DNA from: Macrostomum lignano
Taxonomy: Eukaryota
Assembly (NCBI GenBank): GCA_002269645.1
Contig: NIVC01003872.1
Span: 8,775-72,774, forward strand
Direction: 5' to 3'
Length of the DNA stretch: 64,000 nucleotides
The notes beneath the pieces were generated by a model that made no database searches, was not told where the DNA came from, and saw nothing but the letters and a program-made list of their open reading frames with translations. A program made the position numbers and the translations under genes. Position 1 is the stretch's first letter. Each line of letters starts with the position of its first letter. This document shows positions 62,801 through 64,000 of the stretch, piece after piece.

Positions 62801-64000
62801 TACATCTGGTCGACAGTGGGCAGCTTCCTGCAGCAGGGCCAGGACTTTTATCCGTTTGCCATGAGCCCTCGGACAGTATTGGCTTTCTGGTGGATGCTCA
62901 CCGTTATCATTTTTGCTACCTACACTGGTGAGTCGGCCTTCCGGTCACTGTCTCTACACTTTTGAGATGTTTTATAGACTTTCAAAATCGGAGTTTGACA
63001 ATTTTTACAAGCAAGTGTGTTTTATGGCGTAGATTAACTGCTCGAGTCAAAACTCAGGCAAAATATAATAGAACTTGCTTAGCTATTTTTTTTATTGTTT
63101 CTGATTGCTTGTAACTTGCGTTTTTTGCGATCATAAGAACCGCTCTTCGGCACTGCTCAGGGACCTCACGGCCAAGCTGGCAGTGACTGTAGCCAAGTAC
63201 CCAATCCAGAGCTTGGACGATCTCATCTCCAAACCGCACTACAAGGCCATGCTGCCCAGAGGCACCAACATTTACGCGCTGCTGTGCTGAGCGCCACAGA
63301 GGGGCCGCTGCTGCAACTGCGCAAGCAATGGATGGTGGTTGACTCCTTCGACACCTGCGCTACCAATAATTACATATAACTGATGAGGATTAAGAGTTAG
63401 ACTTAGGCAAGGAAGGTACTTGTACTCAATTTTTTCTGATCTACATTTGCAAAATATACCAACCCAACTTCAGTTGGTGAGGATGCCCATACCTGGTGTG
63501 CATATCGGACCTCAGCATCAGTTTGTTCTACGCTAACGAGCTCTGCAGTGAGATCTACAACGCAGAGAACTACTTTAACACATATTACCTGGCTATGGCC
63601 TTCCCGCAGGATGCATACTACCTGCCTGCCTTTGACTTTCTGTGAGTGGGAACGAGGGATCAGTAATGTGTGGATGCGAGCTGTGAACAAGTATCCCCAT
63701 GCACTCGAAAATTACTGCAATTATTCTTTTACTCTAAATTAATAGGTGGTCTCTTGCAAACTTTAAACCTCAAACCTCGAATTTTTAAATCATTATTTGT
63801 ATCATTTAAAAATTTGAACGTACTTTATGTACCATAAAATTGACAGTTTTGCCTGAAACAGAAGTTCTGCCTTCTAGTGAGACTGCATCTGCAAGTGCTT
63901 CGTACTGTAAATTCTACAATAATTCGTATTCGTTTTTTGCCAAGTCTCCTTTCAAACTATTCTTCTCAGGATCAGAGAAGCAAAGCGAACGGCGTCATGA
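59881..64000 (+). pseudogene. iGluR/IR-like paralogue 3, frame-disrupted (pseudogene or assembly errors), runs off the window
   Basis: Collinear with paralogue 2. Lesions: missing G at the donor near 61550, -1 at ~62193 (GGT TAG), -1 at ~62706, -1 at the acceptor near 63161, +2 at ~63277, no GT donor after DTCATN (~63368), -5 at ~63480. The last exon begins at ~63971 (IRESKANGVM). Confidence 0.75.

Overview
Eukaryotic (metazoan) genomic DNA with GC-rich spliced genes and many tandem repeats. The style suggests a flatworm such as Macrostomum, which is an inference only. I assembled six genes by hand from splice sites and reading phase. On the minus strand are a 3-exon TESK/cdi-type kinase (4858-12323) and a 9-exon MuSK/Ror/Nrk-type receptor tyrosine kinase with Ig, Frizzled-CRD, kringle and TM domains and a divergent kinase domain (16988-28580). 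On the plus strand are a kinase-less BAMBI-like TGF-beta pseudoreceptor (41150-42637, first exon not found) and three tandem iGluR/IR-like ion channel paralogues (45967-50985, 52356-56066, 59881->64000; the last is disrupted). Almost every intron of the two kinase genes holds its own minisatellite, while the channel genes have short, repeat-free introns. Mobile elements include a tRNA-type SINE candidate, an I-group LINE 3' fragment with RNase H, a hAT-like element carrying an inverted RT fragment, and two copies of a ~290-bp TIR/8-bp-TSD MITE. The most striking observation is that this MITE carries a ~64-nt match to the 28S rRNA region targeted by R2 retrotransposons and I-PpoI, and in both copies the cut site itself is the part that has been replaced. 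Most long ORFs in the supplied track are tandem-repeat artefacts. No database searches were possible, so all family calls rest on remembered motifs.
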